Shown here: positions 30,504 to 40,241 of the stretch, piece by piece
Position numbering within the stretch: position 1 is the first letter of the stretch
Layout: each line of letters opens with the position of its first letter
Source: Pirellulales bacterium
Lineage (GTDB): Bacteria > Planctomycetota > Planctomycetia > Pirellulales > JAICIG01
Assembly: GCA_035547915.1 (NCBI GenBank)
Contig: DASZTS010000116.1
Location: forward strand, 10,539-74,538
Reading direction: 5' to 3'
Length of the DNA: 64,000 bases
Notes under the pieces: generated by a model
Seen by the model: only the letters and a program-made list of their open reading frames with translations
Told to the model about the DNA's origin: nothing
Databases searched by the model: none
Position numbers and translations under genes: made by a program

Positions 30504-31925
30504 ATGCCAATGACAAGGATCTTTGTGTCTACTTTGATCGTGCTCGGTTTCCTCATCGGCGGCCAGCCGTCGCGAGCGTCCGACCGACCGAACATTTTGT
30601 GGCTGATTGCCGAAGATTTCGGACCGGAGCTCGGCTGCTACGGCACCTCGCAGGTCTGGACGCCGAACCTGGATAGGCTGGCGACGCAGGGAGTTCGATA
30701 TACGCGGGCCTACACTACGGCGCCGGTATGCTCGGCGAGCCGCTCGGCTTTCATGACCGGTATGTACCAGACGACGATTGGCGCCCATAACCATCGGTCG
30801 CATCGCGACGACGGTTACCGGCTGCCCGCGGGCGTGCGCGTCCTCTCCGATCGGATGCGACAGGCTGGTTACTTCACCGCGAATATCGTTGAGTTGCCCG
30901 ACGGCGTCGGGTTCAAAGGAACGGGTAAGACCGATTGGAATTTCACCTACGAACGGCCGTTTGACTCAGCCCGCTGGAACGATTTGAAAGGCCATCAACC
31001 GTTTTATGCCCAGATCAATTTCCAAGAGACACACCGTAAGTTTCATGCGCCCCAGAAGGCAGACCCCGCGAAAGTCGTCATTCCGCCGTACTATCCCGAT
31101 CATCCTGTGACGCGGGCCGATTGGGCGGCTTACTTGGATGCCGCGAGCGAGCTGGACCACAAAGTCGGCTTGGTCCTGGCGCAGCTCGAAGCGGATGGCC
31201 TGGCCGACAGCACGATCGTGGTCTTCTTCGCCGACCACGGACAATGCCATGTGCGTGGCAAACAGTTTTGTTACGAGGAGGGACTCCATATTCCTCTGAT
31301 TATCCGATGGGCGACTCGATCTGCCGCACCAGATGGTTGGCAGCCCGGCGCCGTCGACGATCGCTTCATCGAAGCCATCGATCTGGCCCCCACCACGTTG
31401 GACGTAGCGGGTGCCCAAAAGCCGGCTGGTATGCAAGGCCGAATCTTTTTGGGCAAGCACGCCGAGCCGCCGCGCGAGTACGTATTCGGCGCACGCGACC
31501 GGTGCGACGAAACGGTCTTTCGCTTCCGCACGGTTCGCGACGCACGCTATCGTTACATTCGCAACTTCACGCCAGAGCGTCCCTTTTTACAGGCCAATGA
31601 ATACAAGGAGCGTAGTTATCCGGTTTGGAACCTGCTCAAGGAGCTTGCCGCGGAAGACAAGCTGACTGCCGCGCAGCAATTCTTGACCGCGCCGACGATG
31701 CCTCCGGAAGAGCTCTATGATCTGGAAGCGGACCCGGACGAGATCGACAACCTCGTGACTTCGCAAAAACCGGAACATCGGGAGGCATTGGTCCGCTTGC
31801 GGAACGTATTGGAACGGTGGATCGCCGACAGCAACGACCAAGGGCGTGAGTTGGAGTCGCCCGAGATCGCCGCAGCCAAGGGTGCCACCAAGTCGGGCAG
31901 CAATCCGAACGCGGGCATGAACTAG
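30504..31925 (+). CDS. Cys-type sulfatase (formylglycine-dependent)
   Basis: PNILWLIAED, CSASRSAFMTG, GKTD, ADHG and ELYDL. Start at 30504 or 30510. Confidence 0.95.
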   Translation: MPMTRIFVSTLIVLGFLIGGQPSRASDRPNILWLIAEDFGPELGCYGTSQVWTPNLDRLATQGVRYTRAYTTAPVCSASRSAFMTGMYQTTIGAHNHRSHRDDGYRLPAGVRVLSDRMRQAGYFTANIVELPDGVGFKGTGKTDWNFTYERPFDSARWNDLKGHQPFYAQINFQETHRKFHAPQKADPAKVVIPPYYPDHPVTRADWAAYLDAASELDHKVGLVLAQLEADGLADSTIVVFFADHGQCHVRGKQFCYEEGLHIPLIIRWATRSAAPDGWQPGAVDDRFIEAIDLAPTTLDVAGAQKPAGMQGRIFLGKHAEPPREYVFGARDRCDETVFRFRTVRDARYRYIRNFTPERPFLQANEYKERSYPVWNLLKELAAEDKLTAAQQFLTAPTMPPEELYDLEADPDEIDNLVTSQKPEHREALVRLRNVLERWIADSNDQGRELESPEIAAAKGATKSGSNPNAGMN

Positions 31926-31938
31926 GTGTGTTCGCACC

Positions 31939-33186
31939 ATGAGAAAACCTCGTAGTTGTCTTGCTCGGATGCTCTTGCTGGGTTCGATGGCGATCGCCGT
32001 TTGCCATCAGGGCGTGGCGGTTGCCGCCGAAAAGCTCAAAATCGAGGTGCGCGAGACGGCTGGGATCAGGCGATTCGGCTATCCGATTGCGCTCGCGTTA
32101 CCTGATCTTCCGTTGGCGAGCGCCGACGGGCACCTTCGTTTGCGCGAGGATGGCAAGCCGGTATCGGCGCAATTCCGGCAGGACCAAACAGGGGGCGATG
32201 CCGGTCCCTGGTGGCTGGACTTCAATATCAGCATGATGCCCCACGAAATCCGAAACTTCGTTTTGGAATATGGGCCGGATGTAATGGCCGACCCGGAACC
32301 GACCGGACTGGTGCTCGAGCAAACCCCGAACGGTCTCGATATTCGCAACGGAAACCATCTCACCTGGACGCTCGGCCGCGGCCCGCGCGACCTGCTAACG
32401 TCGGTCAATGTCGCCGGCGTGCAGCATCTGCGTCCCGTGGGAACGCGGCTCGGCATCGAAGGCCCGCACGGCCTACTCGATGACCTCGGCGATGAGACGC
32501 GCGCCCCGCGAATCATTCGATCCGGCCCGTTGGCCGTCGCCATCCGCTACGAATTTACGCCGCGCACATCGGAATTGGCGGAAACAAAGTCGATCGTCGA
32601 CCTCACGTTTCCGGTTTCGAAGAGCTGGGTACAGGTGGATTGGCGGATCGACGACGTTCGACAAGCGGTGCGGTCGATGCACGTTGAGGTCGCCCAGAAT
32701 CTCGATTCGCCGACCGAGACGGAGCCAACGCTCATCGACTTTGGCGCGGCTTCGCTGGTCTATATGTCACTGCCCGCTGGAACGGCGGGCAAATTGCAAG
32801 CGGCTCCTGCCGCGACGGAGCCACAGACCCCGGCACGGCAAATGTGGAACGTTTTGCGAGGAAATCGGAATCGCCTCGAGCCCTTCACGGCGCGGCCGGC
32901 CGTCGCCGGCGGTGATGCCGAAGGTTGGGCGCATGTCATGGACCGCACTCGCTGCCTTGCGCTGGCGGTCGATGGGTTCGGCCGCGGCGGCGACGATTCG
33001 ATCGAGACCACGGCCGAAGGGAACGTGAGCATCGTGCGGCGATTCGCGGCCAGAGAAACCGCTCGTGCCGCGACAAAGCGTCTTACATTCTGGCTGCATT
33101 TTGTCGGCTTTCCACCACATGTGACTGCGGCGACGAGTCCGCAATCGATGTTGTCGCCTTTGGTCGTGCGAGTGAGTAAGCTCTGA
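31939..33186 (+). CDS. Secreted hypothetical protein, beta-sandwich-like
   Basis: Signal peptide, VRETAGIRRFGYP and IIRSGPLAV. Lies 13 bp after the sulfatase. Confidence 0.75.
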   Translation: MRKPRSCLARMLLLGSMAIAVCHQGVAVAAEKLKIEVRETAGIRRFGYPIALALPDLPLASADGHLRLREDGKPVSAQFRQDQTGGDAGPWWLDFNISMMPHEIRNFVLEYGPDVMADPEPTGLVLEQTPNGLDIRNGNHLTWTLGRGPRDLLTSVNVAGVQHLRPVGTRLGIEGPHGLLDDLGDETRAPRIIRSGPLAVAIRYEFTPRTSELAETKSIVDLTFPVSKSWVQVDWRIDDVRQAVRSMHVEVAQNLDSPTETEPTLIDFGAASLVYMSLPAGTAGKLQAAPAATEPQTPARQMWNVLRGNRNRLEPFTARPAVAGGDAEGWAHVMDRTRCLALAVDGFGRGGDDSIETTAEGNVSIVRRFAARETARAATKRLTFWLHFVGFPPHVTAATSPQSMLSPLVVRVSKL

Positions 33187-33297
33187 CGCGGTGGCGCCGT
33201 TCTTCAGCGCAGGCGATCATCCATCCGCGGTGGGAACGTCGGTTGACGCAACGGACTTGGTGGATCGACCAACCTCGCCCCGCAGCCAGGAATGAAG

Positions 33298-34584
33298 TTA
33301 GGCCGCCTTCTTCAGTTGCTTTATCGCGGCATGCTTGCAATCGCGGAGGAGATTCCGAAATTTCCAGATATGCGACGATTCGGTCGCCTGGAGCGCTTCT
33401 TGCAGTTGCATCGCGACGGCTTCGACTTCCTTCCGTCGCGCTTCGGATTCCGCATAGAGTTGATTGACGGCACCGAGTTTTCGCAGGGCTTCCGTAAGAC
33501 GTTCCTTCGCGTGATTCGTCGCCTCCTCCCGTTCGGCGAGCGTCTCTTGGAGTGCCGCGTAGGCTTGTTGCTGCGCTGCAATCGTCGATTGCCATTCACG
33601 CCGCTCGTCGGCTTCGCGGCCGAGGCGCTTCTCGGTCTCGTGCCAGAAGGGCCCCAGAAAGAAGGCGGCGAGTTCGCGCACGTCTGGATCGGGATCGTCG
33701 AGTAGAGATCGATATTCGTCGGTCCGCAAGCCGTTGATGAGGCCCAGCGTCGATTTACTCCACGAGTCGCTGCGCCGCGCGGCGGCCCGCACCACGGGCG
33801 GACCGAAGACGCTGAGCACACCGCTGCGACGAAAAGCGGGTTCCACGTCGGCATATTCGCGGCTTGCGAGCCGGTCGTAGATCGCGTTGAGCACCGTGAG
33901 CTGCTTTTCCGATTTCATCCCATTGGTGCAGTAGCTCTGCGGCAAGTCCGTCAGCAAGGCGAGCATCTCGGGCACGTGGCACATTCCCTCGCGGAAGGCG
34001 ACGACCAAGCTGAGGAACCAGTCGGAGTGCCATTCCAGGTCGGGTAGTAAGCCGCCAGCGGCTTCGAACGACGACCGTTTCAAGATGGACGCGTGGCCGG
34101 GAATGCTGCTATGTGCGATCCGTTTCTCGAATTCGTCGGGCGCGAAGTACCGCGGCGTCGTACACCAGCCACTGGGGTTCGGTCTGATTTCGCCCGTCAC
34201 TCCGTTGACGATTGAAAAATAGGCGCTACAGACCCCTGCTTGCGGGTTGGCTTCCATGGTACCGACCATCTTCTCGACGAAGCCGGGCAAGACATAGTCG
34301 TCGGAGGCCACGCAGTAGATATATTTGCCGGTCGCGTGCGCCATTCCGATGCGCACGCTCTCGTTCGTGCGACGGTTCTGCGCGTTGGTGATCACCTTGA
34401 TCATCGAGTAGTCGCGCGCGAAGGCTTCCAGTATGGCCGGCGTGTCGTCGGTCGAGGCATCGTTGACGACGATGATCTCGGCCGGGGCGACCGATTGGGT
34501 AACCAACGCCTGCAAAGCGCGCGGTAGGTACTTGGCGTGGTTGTAGGTTGGTATGACGACGGAGAGATCTGCGGTGGTACTCAT
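33298..34584 (-). CDS. GT2 glycosyltransferase with C-terminal coiled coil
   Basis: SVVIPTYN, VNDASTD, ASDD, SDW and a heptad-rich tail ending SSHIWKFRNLLR...KKAA. Confidence 0.93.
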   Translation of the reverse strand: MSTTADLSVVIPTYNHAKYLPRALQALVTQSVAPAEIIVVNDASTDDTPAILEAFARDYSMIKVITNAQNRRTNESVRIGMAHATGKYIYCVASDDYVLPGFVEKMVGTMEANPQAGVCSAYFSIVNGVTGEIRPNPSGWCTTPRYFAPDEFEKRIAHSSIPGHASILKRSSFEAAGGLLPDLEWHSDWFLSLVVAFREGMCHVPEMLALLTDLPQSYCTNGMKSEKQLTVLNAIYDRLASREYADVEPAFRRSGVLSVFGPPVVRAAARRSDSWSKSTLGLINGLRTDEYRSLLDDPDPDVRELAAFFLGPFWHETEKRLGREADERREWQSTIAAQQQAYAALQETLAEREEATNHAKERLTEALRKLGAVNQLYAESEARRKEVEAVAMQLQEALQATESSHIWKFRNLLRDCKHAAIKQLKKAA

Positions 34585-34880
34585 GTTAAAGATCGCCTTA
34601 CGCGCAGGATCGAGCGCGGAACCCGGATTTGCGCAGGAGATGTAAACGGTCCGGGCAGTAATTGCAAGATCAGATGCGACCCCATGATCCGCTGTCCGCC
34701 GGCGATTGGCGTTGACAGCATAGGTGGTGCCGCCTACAAGTTCCCGACCCAGGTAGGGCCAACAGGCGCCGACAGACGGCCGTTACCGCAAGTCCGGAAA
34801 ACCGTGCTGCGCCGGCAGGACCGGGTGTGGTACTCGGTGGGCCGCCTCCCTTCGGTCGAAAAAGCCAGACAGGTCTTTAC

Positions 34881-35888
34881 GTGCAGATAGAACGATCGCG
34901 TCGGCTCTTGCGGTCGATGCTCCGCATCCGCCTGATCGAAGAAGGCATCGCCGAACTCTACGCCGAACAGCAGATGCGCTGCCCGGTGCACCTTTGCATC
35001 GGACAAGAAGCCGTCTCGGCGGGGGTATGTGATGTGCTCGGCGCCGACGATCAGGTCATGAGCAGCCACCGCGCTCACGGGCACTATCTGGCGAAGGGCG
35101 GTAATCTGCCAGCCATGATGGCCGAGATGTATGGCAAGGCCACGGGGTGTTCCGGCGGCATGGGCGGGTCGATGCACCTCATCGATCTGGCGGCCGGCTT
35201 TGTGGGCGCCACGCCGATCGTGGGCAGCACGATCCCGATTTCCGTCGGCTTGGCCTTCGCCTCGCTGCTGCGCGGCGAACCGCGCGTCGTGGTGGCCTTC
35301 TTCGGCGAGGGCGCCACGGAAGAGGGCACTTTTCATGAAGCATTGAACTTCGCGGCGCTCAAGCGGCTGAGCATACTCTTCGTTTGCGAAAACAACCTCT
35401 ATTCCGTCTATTCGCCGTTGTCGGTGCGACGACCCGCAGGGCGGCCGATTTACAGGTTGGCCGACGGGCATGGCATCGAGAGTCGGCAAGGTGACGGCAA
35501 CGACGTTGAGGAAGTGCATGCCTTGGCCCAGGAGGCGCTCGGCCAGATTCGCGCGGGGGCCGGTCCCATGTTCCTCGAGTTTGCCACGTATCGCTGGCGA
35601 GAGCATTGCGGTCCCAATTTCGACAACCGCATCGGTTACCGCACGGAGGAAGAGTTTCTCCGCTGGCGTGAGCAGTGCCCGGTCGAGCGGCAGCGACGGA
35701 AAGGCATCGAAAACGGCTGGCTTTCCGAGTCGGATGTAAAGGGCTGGTCTGATGAGATTCGAGACGAATTCTCCGCGGCCGTCGCCTTCGCTAAAGCAAG
35801 CCATTGGCCCGAGACACGGACGATGCTCGACCACGTCTACTCCGCGGCAAACAGCCCGACCGTCGAGGTCGGCCGACGCGCTGCCTGA
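34881..35888 (+). CDS. TPP-dependent dehydrogenase E1 alpha-like subunit
   Basis: HLCIGQEA, HRAHGH, GGSMH, GEGA...CENN TPP motif and TYRWREH. GTG start assumed. Confidence 0.93.
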   Translation: MQIERSRRLLRSMLRIRLIEEGIAELYAEQQMRCPVHLCIGQEAVSAGVCDVLGADDQVMSSHRAHGHYLAKGGNLPAMMAEMYGKATGCSGGMGGSMHLIDLAAGFVGATPIVGSTIPISVGLAFASLLRGEPRVVVAFFGEGATEEGTFHEALNFAALKRLSILFVCENNLYSVYSPLSVRRPAGRPIYRLADGHGIESRQGDGNDVEEVHALAQEALGQIRAGAGPMFLEFATYRWREHCGPNFDNRIGYRTEEEFLRWREQCPVERQRRKGIENGWLSESDVKGWSDEIRDEFSAAVAFAKASHWPETRTMLDHVYSAANSPTVEVGRRAA

Positions 35889-35936
35889 GCGGCGATGCCC
35901 TCCACCTACACGATGAGAGACAGCAACCCAACCTCG

Positions 35937-36992
35937 ATGGCTCGCGAACTGAAATACTGCCAGGCCGTGCATGAAGCGATCGACCTGTGCATGGGCGCCG
36001 ACCCATCGGTGTACGTGATCGGGCTCGGCGTCACCGATCCCAAGGGCATATTCGGTACGACGCTCGGCTTGGAGCAGAAATACGGTAGCAGCCGCGTGAT
36101 GGACATGCCCTGTGCCGAGAACGGCATGACGGGGGTGGTCCTCGGTTCCGCGTTGGCCGGCATGCGTCCCATCATGGTGCACCAGCGAATCGACTTCGCT
36201 TTGCTGGCGATGGAGCAGATCGTCAATCAAGCGGCCAAATGGCACTACATGTTCGGTGGCCGCAAGTCGGCGCCGTTGGTCATCCGCCTGCTGGTCGGCC
36301 GTGGCTGGGGGCAAGGCCCGCAACACTCTCAGAGCCTGCACTCCTGGTTTGCGCACGTCCCGGGCTTGAAGGTCGTGCTGCCCAGCACACCACACGATGC
36401 CAAGGGGCTGCTGATCTCAGCGATCGAAGACGACAATCCGGTGATCTTTGTAGAGCACCGTTGGCTGCACAACATCAGCGGGCCGGTGCCGGAGGGAACT
36501 TATCGCGTGCCGATCGGAGAGGCGAGGGTCTTGCGCCGCGGCAGCGATCTGACCATCGTGGCCTTGTCGCACATGGCACTCGACGCCCACCGCGCCGCCC
36601 AGACGCTGGCTGGTGAAGGGATCGAGACGGAAGTCATCGATCCGCGCAGTATCCGGCCATTCGACGAGCAGACCGTGTTTGAATCGGTGCGGCGAACCGG
36701 CCGGCTGCTGGTGGCAGATACAAGTTGGCGGCATGCAGGGTTTGCAGCCGAAGTGGTGGCCCGCGTTGCCGAAGAACTGGGGGGCCGGTTGAAGTGCCCG
36801 CCACGACGCATCGCGCTGCCCGACTGCCCGACACCGACTAGTCCGGCCCTGGCTGCGGAGTTCTATCCCACGGCGAACCACATTGTGTCGGCCGCGTGCG
36901 AGATGGTCCAAGCGCGTGCGTGGCGGCCCACCGTCGTTCCGACGCCGTTCAGCTTGGACGTGCCGGATCCCAGCTTCACGGGTCCCTTTTAG
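35937..36992 (+). CDS. E1 beta-like (transketolase pyrimidine-binding + C-terminal) subunit
   Basis: DMPCAENG, GMRPI, QHSQ, PGLKVV and DNPVIFVEHR. Confidence 0.93.
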   Translation: MARELKYCQAVHEAIDLCMGADPSVYVIGLGVTDPKGIFGTTLGLEQKYGSSRVMDMPCAENGMTGVVLGSALAGMRPIMVHQRIDFALLAMEQIVNQAAKWHYMFGGRKSAPLVIRLLVGRGWGQGPQHSQSLHSWFAHVPGLKVVLPSTPHDAKGLLISAIEDDNPVIFVEHRWLHNISGPVPEGTYRVPIGEARVLRRGSDLTIVALSHMALDAHRAAQTLAGEGIETEVIDPRSIRPFDEQTVFESVRRTGRLLVADTSWRHAGFAAEVVARVAEELGGRLKCPPRRIALPDCPTPTSPALAAEFYPTANHIVSAACEMVQARAWRPTVVPTPFSLDVPDPSFTGPF

Positions 36993-37064
36993 GGTTCCGC
37001 CAAGACTGTGATGGCGCGGTCCGCCGTCCGAGTTTTTACGTACGCCTGATTCATCGAGGCTCGA

Positions 37065-38057
37065 ATGATGCAAAAGATCGCCGTCCTCGGCAGCAATTCG
37101 TTTTCGGGTGCCGACTTTATCGATCTGTTGCTGGAATCGCCGCAACGGAAGGTACTAGGCATCAGCCGTTCGCCGGAAAAGGGGCGATTATTCTTGCCCT
37201 ACCAACGCTGGAATGATGGCCGATTCCGCTTCCGCCAACTCGACCTCAACCATCATGCCGATGAGGTCTTGGCGGAACTCGATCGCTTTCAGCCGGACGC
37301 GGTGGTCAATTTTGCAGCCCAGAGTGAGGTGGCCCCTAGCTGGCAGCACCCGGAGCATTGGTTCCAGACCAACGTGGTCGCCCTGGCCAAGTTGCTGAAT
37401 CCTCTCAAAGACCGACCGTACCTGAAGAAATACGTTCACATTTCGTCGCCCGAGGTCTACGGCACGTGCGAGGGGCGCGTGACCGAAGCGACTCCGGTCA
37501 ACCCAAGCACTCCCTATGCGGCCTCGAAGGCGGCGGCCGATCTCTTTCTGGCGACGCTCGTCAAGAATTTTCAATTTCCGCTGGTGACCATTCGGGCCAC
37601 GAACGTATATGGCGCCCACCAGCAACTTTGGAAGATCATCCCGCGGTCGGCGATCTACCTGCTGCAAAATCGCCCGATCTCGCTGCATGGCGGCGGAACG
37701 GCCGTTAAGTCCTATATCCACATCCGCGACGTATCGCGAGGTGAGTTGCTGGCGATGGAGCAGGGCCGGCCTGGAACGATGTACCACCTTTCGCCCGATC
37801 GGGGTTACGCCGTCCGTGAAGTCGTCGAACGAATCTGCCGCCGCCTGGGCCGAGATTTCGCCACCTCGGTCGTCACGGTCGGCGAACGCCTCGGCCAGGA
37901 TGCGGCCTATGTGATCGACTCGAGTCGAGCGCGGAACGAATTGGGGTGGCGGCCGCAGATCGAGCTCGACGAGGGACTTCGCGAAGTGGTGAACTGGGTC
38001 GAAAAGAACTTCGACGAGATCGGCTCGCAGCCGTTGGAATATCGCCATGCCGCGTAA
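37065..38057 (+). CDS. NDP-sugar dehydratase/epimerase-like SDR (atypical)
   Basis: GSNSFSG glycine-loop variant, FAAQSEV, SSPEVYG, YAASK and NVYG. Confidence 0.88.
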   Translation: MMQKIAVLGSNSFSGADFIDLLLESPQRKVLGISRSPEKGRLFLPYQRWNDGRFRFRQLDLNHHADEVLAELDRFQPDAVVNFAAQSEVAPSWQHPEHWFQTNVVALAKLLNPLKDRPYLKKYVHISSPEVYGTCEGRVTEATPVNPSTPYAASKAAADLFLATLVKNFQFPLVTIRATNVYGAHQQLWKIIPRSAIYLLQNRPISLHGGGTAVKSYIHIRDVSRGELLAMEQGRPGTMYHLSPDRGYAVREVVERICRRLGRDFATSVVTVGERLGQDAAYVIDSSRARNELGWRPQIELDEGLREVVNWVEKNFDEIGSQPLEYRHAA

Positions 38058-38328
38058 CAAAGCTGGCTAAGCGATATTCTATCGAACGGGCCGCTGGGGT
38101 ATCATCCCGCCCGCTCCATTCTGCTTATGTCTCCGAATCGCTGGTGACAATCCCGACCAAGGATCGTCGCCGGCCTGGTTAGCAGCGATTTTTGCGACCG
38201 GCCAATCGATGTGCATGGGCGCAAGGTCGAGGAATCAACCGCGCTGGGGCAACGCTTGGGGCGCCAGCTTCTCAAGGCTGAGCGGATACATACAAACTTT
38301 GTCGCGCAGGGAATGCGAGGCTCGTGGC

Positions 38329-40176
38329 ATGAAGCTCTCCGATTACGTGGCGACGTTCCTGGCCAGTCAGGGCATCCGGCATGTGTTCGCCGTCTCCGGC
38401 GGGGCATCGCTGCATTTGATTCATTCCATCGCCGAAACCGAGGGCACTTCTTTCGTCTGCCCACTGCACGAGCAGGCCGGCGCGATGGCAGCCGACGGCT
38501 ACGCCCGCGTCACGGGGAATCTGGGCGCGGCTCTGGCCACCAGCGGGCCCGGCGCGACCAACCTCCTTACGGGGGCGTGCTGTGCGTATTACGACTCGGT
38601 GCCGATGATTTTTATCACCGGGCAGGTGTCGACGTTTCGCGCCAAGGGCGACACAGGGGTGCGCCAGATCGGCTTCCAAGAAACCGACACGGTCGACATC
38701 TTTCGCCCTGTCACCAAGTACGCCGTCCAGGTCGATCGGCCGGAACGCATCCGCTACGAGCTGGAGAATGCCTGCCACATCGCACGCTCGGGCCGACCGG
38801 GTCCCGTTTTGCTCGACATCCCCGATGACGTGCAACGTGCCCAGGTCGATGCGGATCGGTTGGTGGGCTACACACCACCGCCCGTTGGCGATCGATCCGA
38901 TTTGAGTGCGGCCTTGGCTCAGTGCAAGGCCTGGATTGCCGAAGCGAAACGGCCCGTCGTGGTACTCGGTTGGGGCGTGCGTTTATCCGGCGCCGCCGCG
39001 CTTGCGCGCGAAGTTATCGACCGGCTTGGTCTGCCCGTGGCGCCGACCTGGGCCATGGCCGACCTGTTACCGGCCGACCATCCATTGCGCATCGGCACCT
39101 TCGGCACCCACGGAACGCGCCATGCCAACTTTGCGGTGCAGAACGCCGACCTCATCGTCTCCGTCGGATCGCGGTTGGATACGAAGGCGACGGGTAGTCC
39201 TCCTGCGACGTTTGCCCGCGAAGCCCGCAAAATCGTGGTCGATATCGACGTCCATGAACTGCAAAAATTCCCTCGCTATGGCCTGAACATCGACCTGCCC
39301 ATCGCGGCCGACGCCCGCGAGTTCTTCGCGGCGCTCTCCGTAGCCGTCGACCATGGCCCGCCGATCGCGGATTGGCTGAAACAGATCGAAGATTGGAAAC
39401 GACGTTGGCCCGTCTGCCCGAGCGACTGGCAGCGGCAGGAAGACGTCAACCCGTATGTCTTCGTCAAGGCTCTCGCCCATGCCTGCCGCGAGGGCGAAGC
39501 CATCTTTCTCGACACAGGTTGCACGCTGGCCTGGTGCATGCAAGCGTTCGACTTCAAAGCCGGCCAACGACTGTTCCACGACTGGAACAACACGGCGATG
39601 GGCTGGGCGCTGCCGGCCAGCATCGGCGCCAGTTTTGCGCAAGGTGGTGGGCCCGTGGTCTGCGTCACCGGAGACGGCAGTCTACAGATGAATATTCAGG
39701 AATTGGCTACCGTCGTGCGACACAAGCTGCCCATCAAGTTGTTCTTGCTGAACAATCACGGCCACAGCATGATCCAGCAGACCCAGGATCAATGGCTCGG
39801 CTCGCGCTACTTTGCCTCCAGCGTGGCGGGAGGCCTGGCAGACCCCGATTATGTGGCGATCGCCAAAGCGTATGGGTTTCGTACGGTGACGCTGAGCCGG
39901 AATGCGGAGTTGGCGGTGGGAATCGCTGAAGTGATGGCCGCCGCCGGTCCGGTGTTCTGCCATGTGGACGTTCGCGCCGAGCATCGCGTCACGCCGCAAG
40001 TCAAGTTCGGCCGTCCCAACGAGGATCCGGAGCCGCTGCTGCCGCGCCGCGAGTTTTTGGACAACATGATCGTCAAACCGCTCGAGGTATCGACCCACGG
40101 TGCCGTTCCGGCGCCGCACATCACGCCCGCAAGAGTCGATACGGGGGCCCCCACCGAGAGCCGAGGTCGACGGTAG
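38329..40176 (+). CDS. Acetolactate-synthase-like TPP enzyme (YerE-like carboligase candidate)
   Basis: HEQAGAMAADGYAR, TSGPGATN and GDGSLQMNIQEL...NN. No small regulatory subunit nearby; located in a sugar operon. Confidence 0.9.
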   Translation: MKLSDYVATFLASQGIRHVFAVSGGASLHLIHSIAETEGTSFVCPLHEQAGAMAADGYARVTGNLGAALATSGPGATNLLTGACCAYYDSVPMIFITGQVSTFRAKGDTGVRQIGFQETDTVDIFRPVTKYAVQVDRPERIRYELENACHIARSGRPGPVLLDIPDDVQRAQVDADRLVGYTPPPVGDRSDLSAALAQCKAWIAEAKRPVVVLGWGVRLSGAAALAREVIDRLGLPVAPTWAMADLLPADHPLRIGTFGTHGTRHANFAVQNADLIVSVGSRLDTKATGSPPATFAREARKIVVDIDVHELQKFPRYGLNIDLPIAADAREFFAALSVAVDHGPPIADWLKQIEDWKRRWPVCPSDWQRQEDVNPYVFVKALAHACREGEAIFLDTGCTLAWCMQAFDFKAGQRLFHDWNNTAMGWALPASIGASFAQGGGPVVCVTGDGSLQMNIQELATVVRHKLPIKLFLLNNHGHSMIQQTQDQWLGSRYFASSVAGGLADPDYVAIAKAYGFRTVTLSRNAELAVGIAEVMAAAGPVFCHVDVRAEHRVTPQVKFGRPNEDPEPLLPRREFLDNMIVKPLEVSTHGAVPAPHITPARVDTGAPTESRGRR

Positions 40177-40241
40177 GCGCATCGTTTGAACTCCGACCGG
40201 CGTGTGCGGTCGACACCCAACCCAATCACCTTTTTCACACT

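Noticed and set aside
30354..30803. Shared peptide segments (TDKTGSSFTKSAFHGRFF, KIGRETP, KLDPVLSV) in several track ORFs as a protein family
   Set aside because: They are translations of the MITE copies.
34734..36395. Long antisense or alternative-frame ORFs (also 11904-13325, 26914-28242, 44642-45736, 55993-57294, 57951-59222, 54670-55755)
   Set aside because: They shadow well-supported genes, lack motifs, and are expected in GC-rich DNA with few stop codons.
34881..36992. Housekeeping pyruvate or acetoin dehydrogenase
   Set aside because: There is no E2 or E3 gene, and the pair is embedded in a nucleotide-sugar operon.
38329..40176. ilvB for branched-chain amino acid synthesis
   Set aside because: No ilvN/ilvC nearby, and the context is sugar modification, so no symbol was assigned.
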